In this document: positions 41,026-56,091 of the stretch, piece by piece
How the letters are laid out: every line of letters starts with the position of its first letter
How positions within the stretch are numbered: position 1 is the stretch's first letter
Assembly: GCA_951406725.2 (NCBI GenBank)
Contig: OX597828.1
Span: forward strand, 77,190,001-77,254,000
Direction: 5' to 3'
Origin: Octopus vulgaris
Taxonomy: Eukaryota
Length of the DNA stretch: 64,000 nt
Notes under the pieces: generated by a model
Databases searched by the model: none
Told to the model about the DNA's origin: nothing
Seen by the model: the letters and a program-made list of their open reading frames with translations, nothing else
Translations under genes and position numbers: made by a program

Positions 41026-41898
41026 ATGCATGTATGTATTTATGATTATGGTGAACACGAAGTTTGAAACTTTAAAAGTCTTTCTCGCCATTAAACTAAA
41101 ATCATATTTCCCTGTTTTTTCTCCTTGTGTTGTCCGTTTTAATGTTCATAACCTTTACTTTAATACACACACACACACACACACACATACAATTACAAAC
41201 ATACTTTGATGTGTTTATACACACACACATATCTAGATATATACTTTTACATATATAATATATATAGACGGATTGTTACATTATATATACATAGATATGT
41301 ATATATTTCTGTGTGTGTGTGTATATTTATATATGTATATATATGTGTGTGTGTGTGAGTCTGCATGTGTTCCCGAAACCAATTACTGATATTCTAAATA
41401 CACTTAATATTCTATACATATACACTCGCATATGAACATAGACACATGATTGCGCGGTGGGGCTTTCATAGAAACGAAATTGTTTCCTCCGCCTCACTAT
41501 GTCTATGCACCAGATATTCTGCAATGAAACATATCTACATCTATCTCTATTGTTTGTGGAGGACATTGTGTCACATTTACCTGCCAGATACACTTATTTA
41601 TGATTTAAAAAAAACGGCAATGAATTTCCTTCGTAAACAATAAATTCCCTCGTTTCTTCCTTAATGTCCTTTTTATACAAATCTTTCAAAGAAAATGTTT
41701 CATATTTAAACATCAAACTAATATTTAGCAGCGAGAAGAACTTTGGCAATACTGTCACAGTCTCTCAAAATGTGTCATTCTGATTATCGTGTTAAAACAC
41801 ACAGCCTGGGAGTGTAACACTAAAATATACATGTTTCAACACTGATATACACAAACACCTGTATGTATAATTATATACATATATATATATATACATAT

Positions 41899-41929
<31 letters not shown>

Positions 41930-42449
41930 CACACGCACACACACACACATAAACAAGCATATCTGTATACAAACATGTATAAACATCTCTATATGCATAT
42001 GTCTATGCGCAAACATCTGTATATACAAATATACGTACAGAGACAATTACATATCCAAAAATGTATATATATATATAGAGAGAGAGAGAAAGAGAGAGAG
42101 AGAGAGTGGGGCGAGAAGGAAGCATATATACCGCTGTATATACAAGTATATAAGCACACCATCATTATATCTAAACATATATACAGAAGCATCTTTATTT
42201 ACAAGCATATACACAAACATGTGTATATACGTACTTGTGTATATATGTATATATGCATGTGTATTTCGACCAATCACTTGATGATAGAGTAATAATATTT
42301 GGTTATGCGGGTCTTATTTTCTCTTTTGTAAGTTTGACAATAAACGAGGGACTATAATCATGTAATTATACGAAACAGCAGCATAAAATGTTTTAGTCGT
42401 GGCTGAATTTGCCGAATTAAAACAATGGAAAAGTTCAGCGAAAGAATGA

Positions 42450-43320
42450 AAGAAGCAGCAGCAGCAGCAGCAGCAGCAGCAGGGTCATTATATCTCACAC
42501 CACCACCACCACCACCACCACCCTCCTCCTCATCATCATACCAATCGTCTCTAACAGTAATCCCGTCCACCACCCAAACTGCCATCTTAGCATCCGGTCT
42601 ACCAGCAAGTATACTAACCGACCGACCGAGTAACCGACCAACCAATCGACTCACTGCTTCATTTATCCCAACCAATTATGTAAAGACCACCAAAACCACC
42701 ACCACCACTACCACCACCACCACCACCAGCAGCAGCTTTGCCAGCAACAGCAGAAACAGAAACCACAAGAATAACCACTACCACTCCCACAACAACAGCA
42801 ACAACAACCACCACGACTACGACCAGGTACCAAGAAAAACCACCTATAATAGACACCACCAACAACAACAGCCGAAACAACAGACACAGCAGCAGCAACC
42901 ACCGACTGCCGCCGCCATCAACTTACGCCTATAATAACGACAACAAAAATAAAAACTGGAACTAAAACCGCCATTACAAAAACTAGCGCCGCCACCAACA
43001 ACGATGAAGAACTTTCAACACTACCAACGATAACAGCTACAGCAACTGACGTCACCACCTGTACTAGCACCACAACAACCTCCACCAACGACCACAACGA
43101 ACCTAAAACCGGTAGCAACATGAAGTAAAAGCTATAATAAACGAGTATAACAAGAAACCCCAACACCGCCGACATTGGCAACTACAACAGCAACCACAAC
43201 TACAACCGACGATAACAACCACCTATACCGGTACCAGCACCAGCACCACCATTAACAACAACAACAACAACAAGTGCGTTCCCTCCCATCAACACCAACA
43301 ATACCAACAACAATAACTAC
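42450..43320. repeat. Compound (CAG)/(CAC)/(CAA) low-complexity tract
   Basis: Direct inspection; no supported splice or protein-family context. Confidence 0.8.
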
Positions 43321-44067
43321 CTCCCATTCACATTACATAATTCTCTCCATTAACGACTGAACGCAATCGTAAGCCATACTTCCTCTAACATAGAAAATAT
43401 TCAGTTTTAAAACCCCTTTCACTTGAGACATCTATTATAGGTATCAGGTATATGGTTTGTTATGATTCACACATGCACACGCACACACACACATACACAA
43501 ATGTAAACACGCACGTACAAACACACGCTTGTGTACATGTGTTTGTGTGAGCGGGAAGCGCAACAAAACAACAAACGGCTGACATTACAATGGAGGCGTC
43601 AAAATAAACGGCTTTTAAAACTGAGTATTTTCTATGTTAAAGGAAGTTGGTGGCTTACGATTGCGTCATTCGCATGCACGCAATCATACACACACACACA
43701 AAGATGCACGCACACATACACACATACAAACGCACACACACATATATATATGTTTGGAAAGAGAGAGACACTGAAAGAGAGAATAGGAATCTGACAGGCA
43801 GAGAGACAGACCTGTGTATACACATGTGTGCGTGCATACACACACACACAAACACACACACACACACACATATACATATTCATGTATGTGGGTGTGCATG
43901 TATGTGTGTGCAGTTATCTATATCTATAAATATATATAAACATATATACATATAAATATATGCATACATATAAGTGCACACGTACATGTATATGTATATG
44001 TGCACACAGACATACACATATGCGCGCACACACACAAACACACACATACACACACACACATACACAG

Positions 44068-44157
<90 letters not shown>

Positions 44158-44796
44158 CATTTGAATTTGAAGCGATCTAGGGCCTCTTATGCTGGATTTT
44201 TGCCGACGTGCTCCAGTTCTTCTTATAATTGTTGCTGAGTCTACAGGTTGAAGCAGAGCCCCTTTCAGCCAGGCACTTTCAGACTGATGAGATTGTTTAT
44301 CGTTAATATTATATTTAAACTGTCAGCGTTCAACGCTAACAAGAAAGTTCTGAGAAAGATGAAAGATACGAGAATGGTGAAAATTCTAGAGGGTCGATGA
44401 TCTGATGGGAAAATGAACCACTCGCAGTGATGTGTGCGGGGAAAAGGCACACGAGCGGGTGGCAGAGATCTTGAGTGGTGGAACTTCGAAACCAGCTGTT
44501 TTCAGAGAACAGGAGTTGATAGTGTAAAGTAGAAATGGCAGAAACAGGGGCCAGTATCAATATGGGACAGATATTGTAGGATCGGTTAGTAATGGAGGAT
44601 CGACTATTCGATTATTAATCTCTAGATGCGGTCCAAGGTGTCTGTGTGTGGAGTGCTTCACTGTAGACCCCACTTGGACCTCGTACATTTGATAATACCT
44701 GTGTAGGTATGTGCTTGAGTATGTGTGTGTGTATGTATGTGTGCACGTGTGTGTGTGTGTCTATGTGTGTGTATGCGTGCGTGTGTGTATGTATGC

Positions 44797-44835
<39 letters not shown>

Positions 44836-45265
44836 TATGTATATATATATGTGTGTGTGTACTTATATATATTTATATATATATTTATGTATTGTATGTA
44901 TGTATGTATGTATGTATGTATGTATCTATCTATCTATTTATATGTCTGTGTGCGTGTGTGTAAATCACAATTTAGGTTAGTTGTAATATGTTTTTCACAT
45001 GTTTCAACTGCTGAAGGCAAATACACTGCAGTTACCGTGGAGAAAAAAATTCTCTCTTCTGGGAAAACACCTCATTCGTTCAGTGTCGCCCTCTCTCGGG
45101 AATCTCAGATATTGATGTTTCGAGTTTATTGACTCTTGTCGATGAGACGTACCCAAGAGATGATTCTTTATTATGATAATTAATATCGCAGACAGAAAAG
45201 GACAGTACAAACAAATAGAGAGATTATGAGTTCAATTTAAGATGGGTTTTTTAAATCTTATTGTG

Positions 45266-47246
45266 AATAAAAATATTTAAAAAGTTTTGTACCTTTTCAG
45301 ATAAACCATGACCGTGAAGTCCAGCGACTACACCTTGCTTTTACCAAGCATGAGATTAAGTAGGGTCAATCACGCCCAACTTCCTTTCTACATCCTTCCA
45401 TCTTTTCTCAAATATACTTCGCGACAGGTGTATCCTCTGCAGCCCTGCCTTCCTCTTTAGATGATATCTGAAGTAATATAGCGACCCATTGTTAAAGTCT
45501 ACTTACATTTTAAGTTTGGGGGGCAGGGACTGCACGAATTCGGCAACCTCCCCATCCTTTTCTTTCTGCAGTGTAGTCGCTGGGCTAAAGGTAAACCTTT
45601 TGCCCGCCATCTCCTCGCTTACATCATGAATGTCCTTGGCGTATTTCTCTTTGAACTCTTGGAACAGCTCTGCATCCATTCTCGCCACACGGAGGTTTGG
45701 AAGCATGTCTTTTATTGCTTTATATACACACGCCTTATGATGCGTTCGAATTACTCTTGCCAATACGTTTTTTTTTTTTTTCGTTGAAAGAAACTATTTT
45801 TCTTGTTTTTGGTGGGGAGGGGCGGAGAAAAGGGTTTTAACATGGGGTGGAGTGTGGACTTTTTTCCTCTGTGTCTGTAGTGTTTTTGTTTCTTTTCTTT
45901 GTCTGGGGAGGGGAGTGTGGGGCTTGGGCCTTTTTTTCTTTTGTGTGATACGACTGTGGTAAAATCCATCTCCGCTTCCGCCACAAGAGTTGTGTTTTCT
46001 AATTTTTTTCTGTTGGGTATTTTGCTTCTCTTTTTCCTTCTTTTCTTCTACTTTTTTCTGTTTCTTTCTCTTCCTTTTCTTGTTGGTCGTTAGGGTTTTC
46101 TTTCTGAGGAGGGGCTTCACTCTTTCTTTTGTTTGTTTTTCTCGCATTCTGAGCAGACGTGGCCTTTTTCTCCACACTTGAAACACCGAGGTCTACGTCC
46201 CTCGACCGCGACTCTGACTCTCATCCCCCTCCCCTGTAAAAACTATATCGGGCAGCGTTTCCAGCACTTCGTTCGAAGCCTGTACCAACATCTCGAGGGT
46301 CTGTCCCCTCCAATTCACTACCTCCCTCTTCTTCATTTGCAGAATCGACATCTCTTCCTCTATATCGTAAATTACAGCTGCCGCTACCATATCACATCAT
46401 ACCCTGCTGGTATTTCTTCCACCGTTATCTTTGCGGTTCTTCTCCCTAGACAGGTGGGTAGCAATATGATTTCTTCGTTTTTCAACGTTCTTGCTGACAC
46501 CGCCTTTGCTATATTAGCCTTTTCGAACTGCGCCTCCAATGTGGAGCTCCTTATCCCACGACCTACGTAGGTGGTTTGGTTCCAAATGGGCGCCAAACAC
46601 ATCTCCACTAAGTCGTTCTTCACCGACATGATTCTTTTTTCTTTAATGTGAAATATTTTGTACACCACTGTTCTTGCCATTAAAATTTGTACCGTTTCCT
46701 GCGGGGGCAGTAATTTGGTAATGGTACCATTTTTCTTGATTAAGTTGCGGTACTTGAATAATTGTTCCATGGTAACATGCATTTTTATTAAATTTCCGCC
46801 TACAGTGGCTGAAAAACTGGACTTTTCCTTATTTCCTTTTTGTACTTTTTCAACATTAGATGACTTCTCCATCTCAGGGAAATCCTTATTTGATAATAAA
46901 TTATATTCCATTTTGCAAAAAATGGCTTTCTTCAACAGGAATAAACACACAAATTTTTCAAAAATGATTTTTTGCCAGAAATGACAAAAATTAATATTTT
47001 ACCCTGCAACGGATAAAAATAACAGAAAAAAACAGTCCAATAGTAGTAATTTTCCAACAACGCACAATTTTCTGCCGCGTAGGTCGAAAAATACGTAGGG
47101 CGAAAAAAACCGTTCACGATCGATGACAGTTGAATCCGAACAAATGAAACAAACAGTGCGGTAACAATAAAGATTAAACAGAATGAAAAGCAGCAGCAGC
47201 AGCCAAACGAGATGTGCCTGAGAGAGGCGACTCAGATCGAACTGAA
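45266..47246 (-). mobile_element. Tx1/L1-like non-autonomous element: 5' UTR + decayed ORF1 (CCHC gag knuckle) + short ORF2 C-terminal remnant
   Basis: ORF1 pieces 46384..46950, 46193..46390, 'EGRRPRCFKCGEKGHVCSEC' (C-x2-C-x4-H-x4-C, ~46203-46143), Lys-rich linker and 45503..45763. Then 'SLYYFRYHLKRK..RIHLSRSIFEKRW', resembling the ORF2 end at 272..571. Possible degenerate 14-bp TSD at 45252-45265 / 47247-47260 (12/14). Confidence 0.75.
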
Positions 47247-47419
47247 TAAAGCTTATTATGTCTAGCGTTGGCAACGAGGCCAAAATATAAATTTGTATTT
47301 TCCTCACCATGGTAAAACAGAAACGAACGTAAACAACTTCACTCTCACCTTTATTTACTAATTAATGACTTGCTAGCGCAAAAGACACACTTCTGTTTGT
47401 TATTTTTCCTCCATGTTCT

Positions 47420-47458
<39 letters not shown>

Positions 47459-47463
47459 ATATA

Positions 47464-47522
<59 letters not shown>

Positions 47523-47715
47523 GTATGTATATAGTCGAAAGAAAGGCAAGTAGAGAGAGACGTGTCACCGAAGAGATTGCAACAGTGCGATGAAATAATT
47601 ATTTGTTAAAAAGGAAGGAATAACAGCACGAACAATACTGAACAATAACATTAAAGGACTGAACCAATGCGTGTGTTTATTATTACCGGCACGATGCTCC
47701 TCCCGAGGCTCAATA

Positions 47716-47875
<160 letters not shown>

Positions 47876-48054
47876 CAAGGAATAAGAGATAGGTAACTAA
47901 AGAAATGCAATGTCAAGTGACTGAATCTTGTGATATGTATGATTCCCGTAGAATAATATCGGAGAAAGACAAAAAGAATGAAAAGAATAAAAGAAAAAGA
48001 AAGAAAAATATATTCTTGAAAGAACGAACAAACAAACAAAACAGGAAATAACAA

Positions 48055-48094
<40 letters not shown>

Positions 48095-48916
48095 ACAAAA
48101 GAAAGAAAGAAAGAAAGGAAAAATCCGATTGAATGTTAAAAAACAGAGTGGATTCATTCAATAAAAGCGTGAAAGTCCATTAAAAGAAACCTACAAGATG
48201 GCGCTGAAGAAGCCTAAAAGATGGCGCAGATTAAAAAGTTAGAAACGGAACAAAGCCAAAATTAGAAACTGTCAGAATGTTGTTGTGAATATTTCTCTGC
48301 TGAGTTTGCCTTATGGAAATTATATAATAACCTGTCCGATTTGCGTGAACAAGTGCGGCGCAGGATGTCCTTACGTGAGTTCAACATGTTCGCGTTCTGC
48401 TGTGATATTAAAATCTATTCTGTTAAGCAAAAATCACAACACAGCTTCTATCTGCTGGCGCCATGCTTGTAAGCAGGTGAGAAAGTAATGATGGAACATT
48501 TTATATTGAAACTACTGTCATTAGGTTGCCTTAATCTCTCAATATATGTCGAAAGAGCGGTAGCAAATATCCTGTCTGTTCGAGTTGACCAAGGGATGTT
48601 TGCGTTAATATGTATGCGTATCCGTGCGTGTATGTGTGTATATCTGTGTGTACTCACACACATACATACACATATGTATATATGTATATATACATATATA
48701 TGTATATATACATATATATATATGTGCATATATATGTGTATATATACATATACATATATGTATATATACATATATATGTATATATACATATATATATGTG
48801 TGCATATATATGTGTATATATACATATACATATATGTATATATACATATATATGTATATATATCAATATATATCTGAATATATATGTGTATATACCCATA
48901 TATAGATAAGAAAGTT

Positions 48917-48970
<54 letters not shown>

Positions 48971-49178
48971 ATCACATGTGTAGGACAGAGAGGAAAGGAA
49001 ATGGAGATAGACAGACAGAAAGAGGAAGAGAAGGGGGGACAGTATTTCATGAATATAAACGTAATACACAAGATTAGTTATCTCCACCTCACTGTATATC
49101 TCTTAATGAACGATATATCTATCCATCTATCTGTTTATCTATCTACCTCTATATCTATCTATCTATCTATCTATCTAC

Positions 49179-49237
<59 letters not shown>

Positions 49238-51104
49238 GCTAGCTAGCTAGCTAGCTAGCTGTCTGTCTATCTATCTATGTAACTAACTATCTATGTATCC
49301 ATCTATGTGTTAGATATCGATCTAGCTACCTATGTATATATATATATATATATATAATGTGTGTGTGTGCATATCATATATTCATACATACATTCACGCT
49401 TACGTACATACATACATTTTTGTGTATTTATATTTTGCATATGTGCATACGTATATATGTGAGTGTGTGTGTGTGGGTGTGTGTGTGTGTGTTTGTGTGT
49501 GCGTGGGTGTGGGTGTGTACATCGGGAAAATTGTGGTTAATATAAATATACACACATAATATGCATATTTAAATTTACTTGCTCTGTGTACATAAAAGCA
49601 TGTTACAGAATCGCTTATATTGTACATATATACGCATATATATATACATACATACATACAAACATATATATATATATATATATATATACACATGCTTTTT
49701 TGTGTGCATATAGTGTGTGTGTGTGTGTGTTTGTGTGTTGCATTCGTTTCTCCCGGTAGTTTCAAGTGATTTAATATTTTTTTACCTTTTAAATACTCTG
49801 TGTTGTAGCGATGGGAGAAACTGCATCGACTTTGAAATTTAAATATATTTTTATACCTGATTTCATATTGATGATGCAATTAAGATTACTTCTCTCATGT
49901 TTGTTTGATTTTCTTTTTCTTTTGTATTTGTTTCTTATTTGTTCTGTTTTCCTTTGTTTTGTTTTTTTTTTCTTTTTTGCTTAAAACAAAAACATTTCTT
50001 ATTTTATTTTTTTTTTCTTTTGCAGTGATTAACCACAATAATTATGTATGCATCAGTAAATATTTCGATATGTAACACTGCCTATGTAAGTGTGCATGCG
50101 TGCGTGCGTGTGTGCCTGCGTATGTGTGCATGCATTTGTGTGTGTGTGTGAGTGCGTGTATGCGTGATTGAATATTCATGTCGATGCAATCATAAATTTT
50201 ACATTAATTCTTTCAGAATAAATGTGTTAAAAATGCTTATATTTTATAAAGTATTGCGTTGGGTGGAATTTTTCTTGTTCTTTTATTCGAGTTGTCGTCG
50301 TTGTTTTTGTCGCCAATATTTGTTGCTGTTGTTGTTGTTGTTGCTGTTGTTGTTGCTGTTGCTGTTGTTGTTGTTGTTGTTGCGACTATATTTTGTGTTG
50401 TTTTAAATTCTCCTTTCTTTGAAACGTCAGAATGTCGACTTGGTATCACACATTCCAACAACAAATTGGCAAGTTCGTACGCTGAGATAAAATCTGCAAT
50501 TTCTAATCGAAGGCATTGTTGTATGGTTAAGATGATTCCATCGCAACGATACGGTTTCGAGTTCATTTGCGCCATCAATTTTTTTTTACTCAGGGCTCGG
50601 GTCGAACAAAGCCTTATCAGAAAAATTCGGTCGAGGAAATTCCTGCGGACGAAGGACATATGGAGAGGTGCATTACGGAACGATTTATGTTTAAATATAC
50701 GAGGAGATCAAGATTAGACTGTCGTTCATTAAAGATCTGCTATAATAGTACTGATTTTGGTGTCTAACAGCGACAATTAGGCTTACAGTAGCAAACCATA
50801 CTCTGGTAGAATGGAGAATCACAATGAATTTAACGAGTGTTTTTTTAGATGCTACACAAGAACTCAGTTCCTCTTCATATCGTGAAAAAATCTGAAATTA
50901 ATGTCATATTTAATACCTATTTTTTTTATTGTAAAAATTATATTCTTTACGATCGTTAAGAACTGCTTGTTCAAAAGTTCATGAAAGAATCAACTCCCTT
51001 AATCACTGATTACAGCGACGTGATTCATAAGTGAATGTGAGGTAAAGCCATCTTATCTTACGGGTGGATAGCGCTACATACAAATCTTCAAAACAAAAAT
51101 ATAT

Positions 51105-51210
<106 letters not shown>

Positions 51211-51989
51211 GATATTGATATTGATATTATTTTATATTGGCATAGTGTAATAAATGTGCTTGGCAAGGGAATGTTGATAAAATAAAGCACAGTATAGTAG
51301 TTGGGTTGAAGAGAGAAACTATCAGCCTGATAAGGTTTGAGTAGAAAGGCGCACCTGGAAACGAAGCAGGATTTTCTGAAAGAAAATCTAGTCTTTCAGC
51401 CGCGAAGCCGTTCAGATGAGTAATCTCAGTTGATGAATTAAAGAAATGAAAGAAAGCATTGCATGTTTAGAGAGCTGAAAAGTACCAAAGGAAATGAGTC
51501 GTGGATAAAGATCATCACTGTAAACAGATTAACTAATTCCAGATATTATATGGGGGTTTTCTCCCTTTGTAAAGTTAGAGCAGAGAACCAAATATTGTAT
51601 TTCTAACAAGCCTAGAAATATCCTGAAAATATATAATTTTAAGTTAAGATCAATTAAATAGTGAGATACTATTGATAATCCAATAATTTATTTATATTAT
51701 AATATTATATGATATACTATGAATATAACACAACAATATTATATAACATAAACAATTATTAAAGAAAACCATAAAAGACCAACAAATTGTTTCAACTTAT
51801 ATGCATCCACAATGACAGTTCCCTAATACATAAGTCCCTTCAGGCCCGTGGTTTAAAGATAGTGACTTGGATGTTTAACCCCTTTCAAGGATCTATTTTC
51901 CTCAGTTTGTTACTTTAATTTTATGTAAAGATATATATTTAAGTTTTCTATGAATAAAAATGAAAGATTACCAGTAATCAGTATGATAA

Positions 51990-52410
51990 TCCTTTCTACC
52001 ATAGGCATAAGGTCTGAAATATCTTAGGGGAGGACGCTAGTCATTTACAACAAGAGCAGGTATAAAAGGTAAATTCATTTACATCAAGAGCTGGTATGAA
52101 AGGTAAATTCATTTACAACAAGAGCAGGTATAAAAGGTAAATTCATTTACATCAAGAGCTGGTATAAAAGGTAAATTCATTTACAACAAGCACAGGTATG
52201 AAAGGTAAGTTCAACTTTGACAGAATATGATCTCAGAATGTAGAGACGGACAAAATGCTACTAAGTATTCCTTTCCGGTGTGCTAACCATTCTGCCAGCC
52301 AGGCACCTCTTAAAGTAAAGCTGACCTCGACAGGATTTGAGCTCAAGGTGTAAAGAGCGACAAAGAATTCTCCCCGACGCTCAAACGATTCTGTCATTCC
52401 ACCGGCCTAT
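51990..52410 (-). mobile_element. Degraded SINE family A copy/copies containing a minisatellite
   Basis: 'ttctaccataggcataaggtctgaaat..atgaaaggtaagttcaact..ctcagaatgtagagacgga..gctaaccattctgccagc', then a second partial 'aaagctgacctcgacaggatttgagctc'. Confidence 0.65.
52041..52210. repeat. 34-bp minisatellite x5
   Basis: Unit TCATTTACA(A/T)CAAGAGC(A/T)GGTAT(A/G)AAAGGTAAAT. Confidence 0.92.
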
Positions 52411-54252
52411 TAATCAATATTATAATATACAATTAATTCAATTATTTTCCTGCTTTGTAGAATTTGAGCTAATATACAAAACCAGATGATTAATATTCGT
52501 TTTCTACAAATTCTTAAAAGTATTTCATTCAAAGAACACAGATGGTGCTGATCTTACTGTAATTGAAAGAACTAACAACATTGAAACGCAATGCTTTCTT
52601 CCTCTCCAGAGTTTATACTTCTACAATGATCTTAGAAGCTTAAAATGAAATATCTTCTGATACATAATTATTTCATACGTTCGTTGCTGTGCTCTACTGT
52701 TTCCCGTAGTTCAATGATTGCCAAACCATTACCAATAGATAGTTTATTCAAGGTGTTGACTGATACGGAGACAATCTGACTGAGAGAGCATATGCATAAC
52801 TCACCGTGTCTTTCTCTGGGAATTGTGAAGTCCAGAGTAGAGTGAGAAATGTATTCGCATATGCAATTAAATAATACACTTGCTGTATATTGTATTTCTT
52901 CTAACTGAATTCAAGAATATAAACTAGACATCTTTAGAATACGGTACAAATAAAACAAAAACGCATTACATTATCAATGTTTGGCATTGCCAGTTAATGT
53001 ATTCCGTGAAGATATTCCTCTCTCTTCCGCTTAGATTTTAAATGTCTTTATACGCTATTCTCTTTCTCGGCAGTCACAATTGCCCACGTCAACACCATAG
53101 ATTCAAGGCTATATTTATTTATCACTCATAGTAACTCTAGAATTCCCGAAACTGGAGTCCCCAATCGCCTTTGTTCCTGTCACATGGAAAACTAAGAACA
53201 TGGTGAGTGAACGTACTGCTTCTATATTTCTTTGTACATTTTATTTGATACTTCTCTCGGTTGGTTTCCATTTCCAAACCTTTTTTCCATCAAATCAATC
53301 GTTCGTTATTCAATCGTAGATGTCTCTAAGAATCTCAATCAAAGTCATGAAGGCGATTGTTACTTTGGAGATTATAGCAATATCTATTGTCTTCACACAA
53401 GCGAATTTAAGAATAATCGATGGTTTGAAAATCCTCTATCTTCTAACATAAAGATCGGGATTAGGTTCTAGCTGGGTTTACATTCAGAAGTTTTAGGGAT
53501 ATAAATACGATACACTTATAAAAATATAGACGCAGCCTTAATAAAAGTCTTGAGAAGTAACTGTATTGAAGGGACAGCGAGGTAGCTACTGTAAAACTGT
53601 TGAAAATTGTGCTTGTTGGGTTGAGGGAGACTTCTTTTGGTGGTGTTGAAAGGGAGACCTCCAGTAGTGGAATTCAATAGCGATGTTAATGACAATATTC
53701 AGTGGTAACATTTGTGGAGCTGTTATGAGAAAAGTGCAGTGGGGAGATTAAAACAAATGCAAGTAGCGGGGTTGAGATTTATTTGTAATGGATGTGTTTG
53801 AGAGTTAACCCTTGTTGGTGGAAGAGACGCAACTCTGGTGGCAATGATGAAAAGCAGATTTAAGTCATTTGAGGTAATATTCAGATGTTGAGCGACAACA
53901 CTTTGGTGGAGATATTGAGAAGTAACAGGCTAGATGATAAAATGCATGAAATGCTTTAAAAAGATGTTGTCGGTCTTCAGTTGATACAGGAATGTTCTTT
54001 AACGAAGTTTTTTCGCCTTCAAGATATTCAGAAGATGGTGTTGGAGTACAAAATGATACAAGACGTCGCAAGAACTTAATTAAACCAGAAAACGCTGACA
54101 TCCCGAATACGGTATAATATATATGTATATATATACGATGCTTAAAGCTGTATGGGAGAACTTATTCATGTGTGTCGTTAATGTTTACAATATATTATGT
54201 AATTTATATTGAAGTATCATAAAATAAATTTGATATGTATTTGTGTACACAC

Positions 54253-54298
<46 letters not shown>

Positions 54299-55121
54299 TA
54301 TATACATCTATACATGTACATATGTATGTGTGTATATATATGTATATGTATATATATATGCGTTGTAATGAGAAGATGAGAAGTAGATTAGAATTCATAG
54401 AGATAAATTGAATGGTAGATGGCTGGTGAGTCGGATGTGTGGTTGGTAGGTTGGATGAGTAAGAGAGACGCTTGATAAATCGGTAGGAACAATAGGACAG
54501 AATTTTCTATGAGATTTGTTATGATATAATAGAAGATATATAACAAATAAATTATGACAATAATCATAATAGTTGTTTATTGGAAGATCTATAGGTCGTA
54601 GTGTTAAATTTAGCGTGTTTGATATATTTAATAGTAATTTTCATCTGTTATGTATCATTACAACCATCGTCTTTGTTTTTCGCGGCAGCATTGTTTCTGG
54701 ACACTTTGATTAGTTATTGAACAGCTAACAGACATAAATTTAATACATTAAATCCAGATTTATCATTTCTTTAACACGATAATAACTTACCCTTCATATA
54801 CATATATATGTTATTGCTGTCGTAATAAATTCTATACGCGATCACTTAATTCTAAGAGAACGATAACTGTGATTTCTAACTTTGGCACAAGGCCACATAT
54901 TTAAGCTATTGCTGGTGTGTGGCGGAGATGTTGTAGTTGTTGTTGGGGGAGGTCGACGTTGTGGAGATGTAATTATGGATTTTGAGGGGGGTTTCCAGTA
55001 ATTCACTGGTACTTAGTTAATCGATCACTTAATAACAATGATTGGCCAAACTATTATTATAAGGGACGTAAAGTAAATTAGATGAAATATCGATTTCCAT
55101 CATTATCAGTAAATGATACAG

Positions 55122-55304
55122 GTGCAGGCGTGGCTGTATGATAAGAAGTTTGCTTCCCAACCGCATGGCTCCGGGTTCAGTCCCACTGTGTGGCACTTTG
55201 GGCAGATGTCTTCTACTATATCTCCGAGCCGACCAAGTCTTTTTGAGCGGATTTCGCAGACAGAAATTGAAAGAAGCACCACCACCCGCATATATGTGTG
55301 TGCA

Positions 55305-55345
<41 letters not shown>

Positions 55346-55530
55346 TTGTTTGACCCACTGCACCGCTTGACAGCGGATGTCCGTCTGTTTACGTCCCCGT
55401 AATCTAGCGGTTCGACAAAAGTTAACATAGAATAAGTACCAGTCTTTAAAAAGTAGATACCGGAGTCGTATGTCTACATTTCTTCAAGAAGGTGCCCCAG
55501 AATGGCCACAGTATAATGACTGAAACACAT
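55122..55530 (+). mobile_element. SINE family B, near full length
   Basis: 'gcaggcgtggctgtatgataagaagtttgcttcccaacc..gggttcagtcccactgtgtggcactttgggcag..gtttacgtccccgtaa..aatgactgaaac'. Confidence 0.85.
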
Positions 55531-55599
55531 CAACACTAGTACGCCATTGGTCATTTGTTTCATAGACGTCCAAAAAGATGGAAGTCAAAACGAGCAACA

Positions 55600-55800
55600 G
55601 TATAGGCGCAGGGCCCGAACTTCCGTGGGAAGTCGGCTTGTTGATTACATCGAACCCAGTTCTCAACTGATACTTATTTTATCGACCCTCGAAAGTATGA
55701 CCGGCAAAGTTGACCTCAGCAACCTTTAAACTCATAGCGTAATGCTGGATGGAATGTCGCTACGTATTTTATCCGGCATTCTGTCAGTTCGCTGCTTTAA
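55600..55800 (-). mobile_element. SINE family A, degraded
   Basis: 'taggcgcagggcc..tacttattttatcgaccctcgaaagtatgaccggcaaagttgacctc..cagttcgctgc'. Confidence 0.72.
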
Positions 55801-56048
55801 TAACCAATGCTATAGGTTTCTAAGTTTAGTACGACATTTATACAGAGATAAACTAGATTCAATCGTCCCCAATAATTTATTGTAAACAGAATGCAGAATA
55901 ACGTCATTCCTCTTCTTTATTGCAGCTATGTACGAGTAATCATTTCATCAACGCAAGGCCAGAAAAATGAAACAAAAAATACTCAAACAACAACAACAAC
56001 AACGACGACGACGACGATGATGATGATGATGATAATAATAATAATAAT

Positions 56049-56090
<42 letters not shown>

Positions 56091-56091
<1 letters not shown>

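Noticed and set aside
42425-42934. 169-aa ORF with poly-A/P/T/Q resembling a transcription-factor N-terminus
   Set aside because: Made of trinucleotide runs that are open in several frames and strands; no domain or convincing splice context.
44250-44700. Possible LINE endonuclease relic ('THHCEWF') on the minus strand
   Set aside because: A single weak motif; cannot be supported without a profile search.
50237-50717. Overlapping 140-152 aa ORFs on both strands
   Set aside because: Composed of a (GTT/GCT)n run plus a degraded SINE-like stretch; no protein-family signal.
52041-52210. Regular 34-bp repeats as a CRISPR array
   Set aside because: Units are contiguous with no unique spacers; eukaryotic context, no cas genes.
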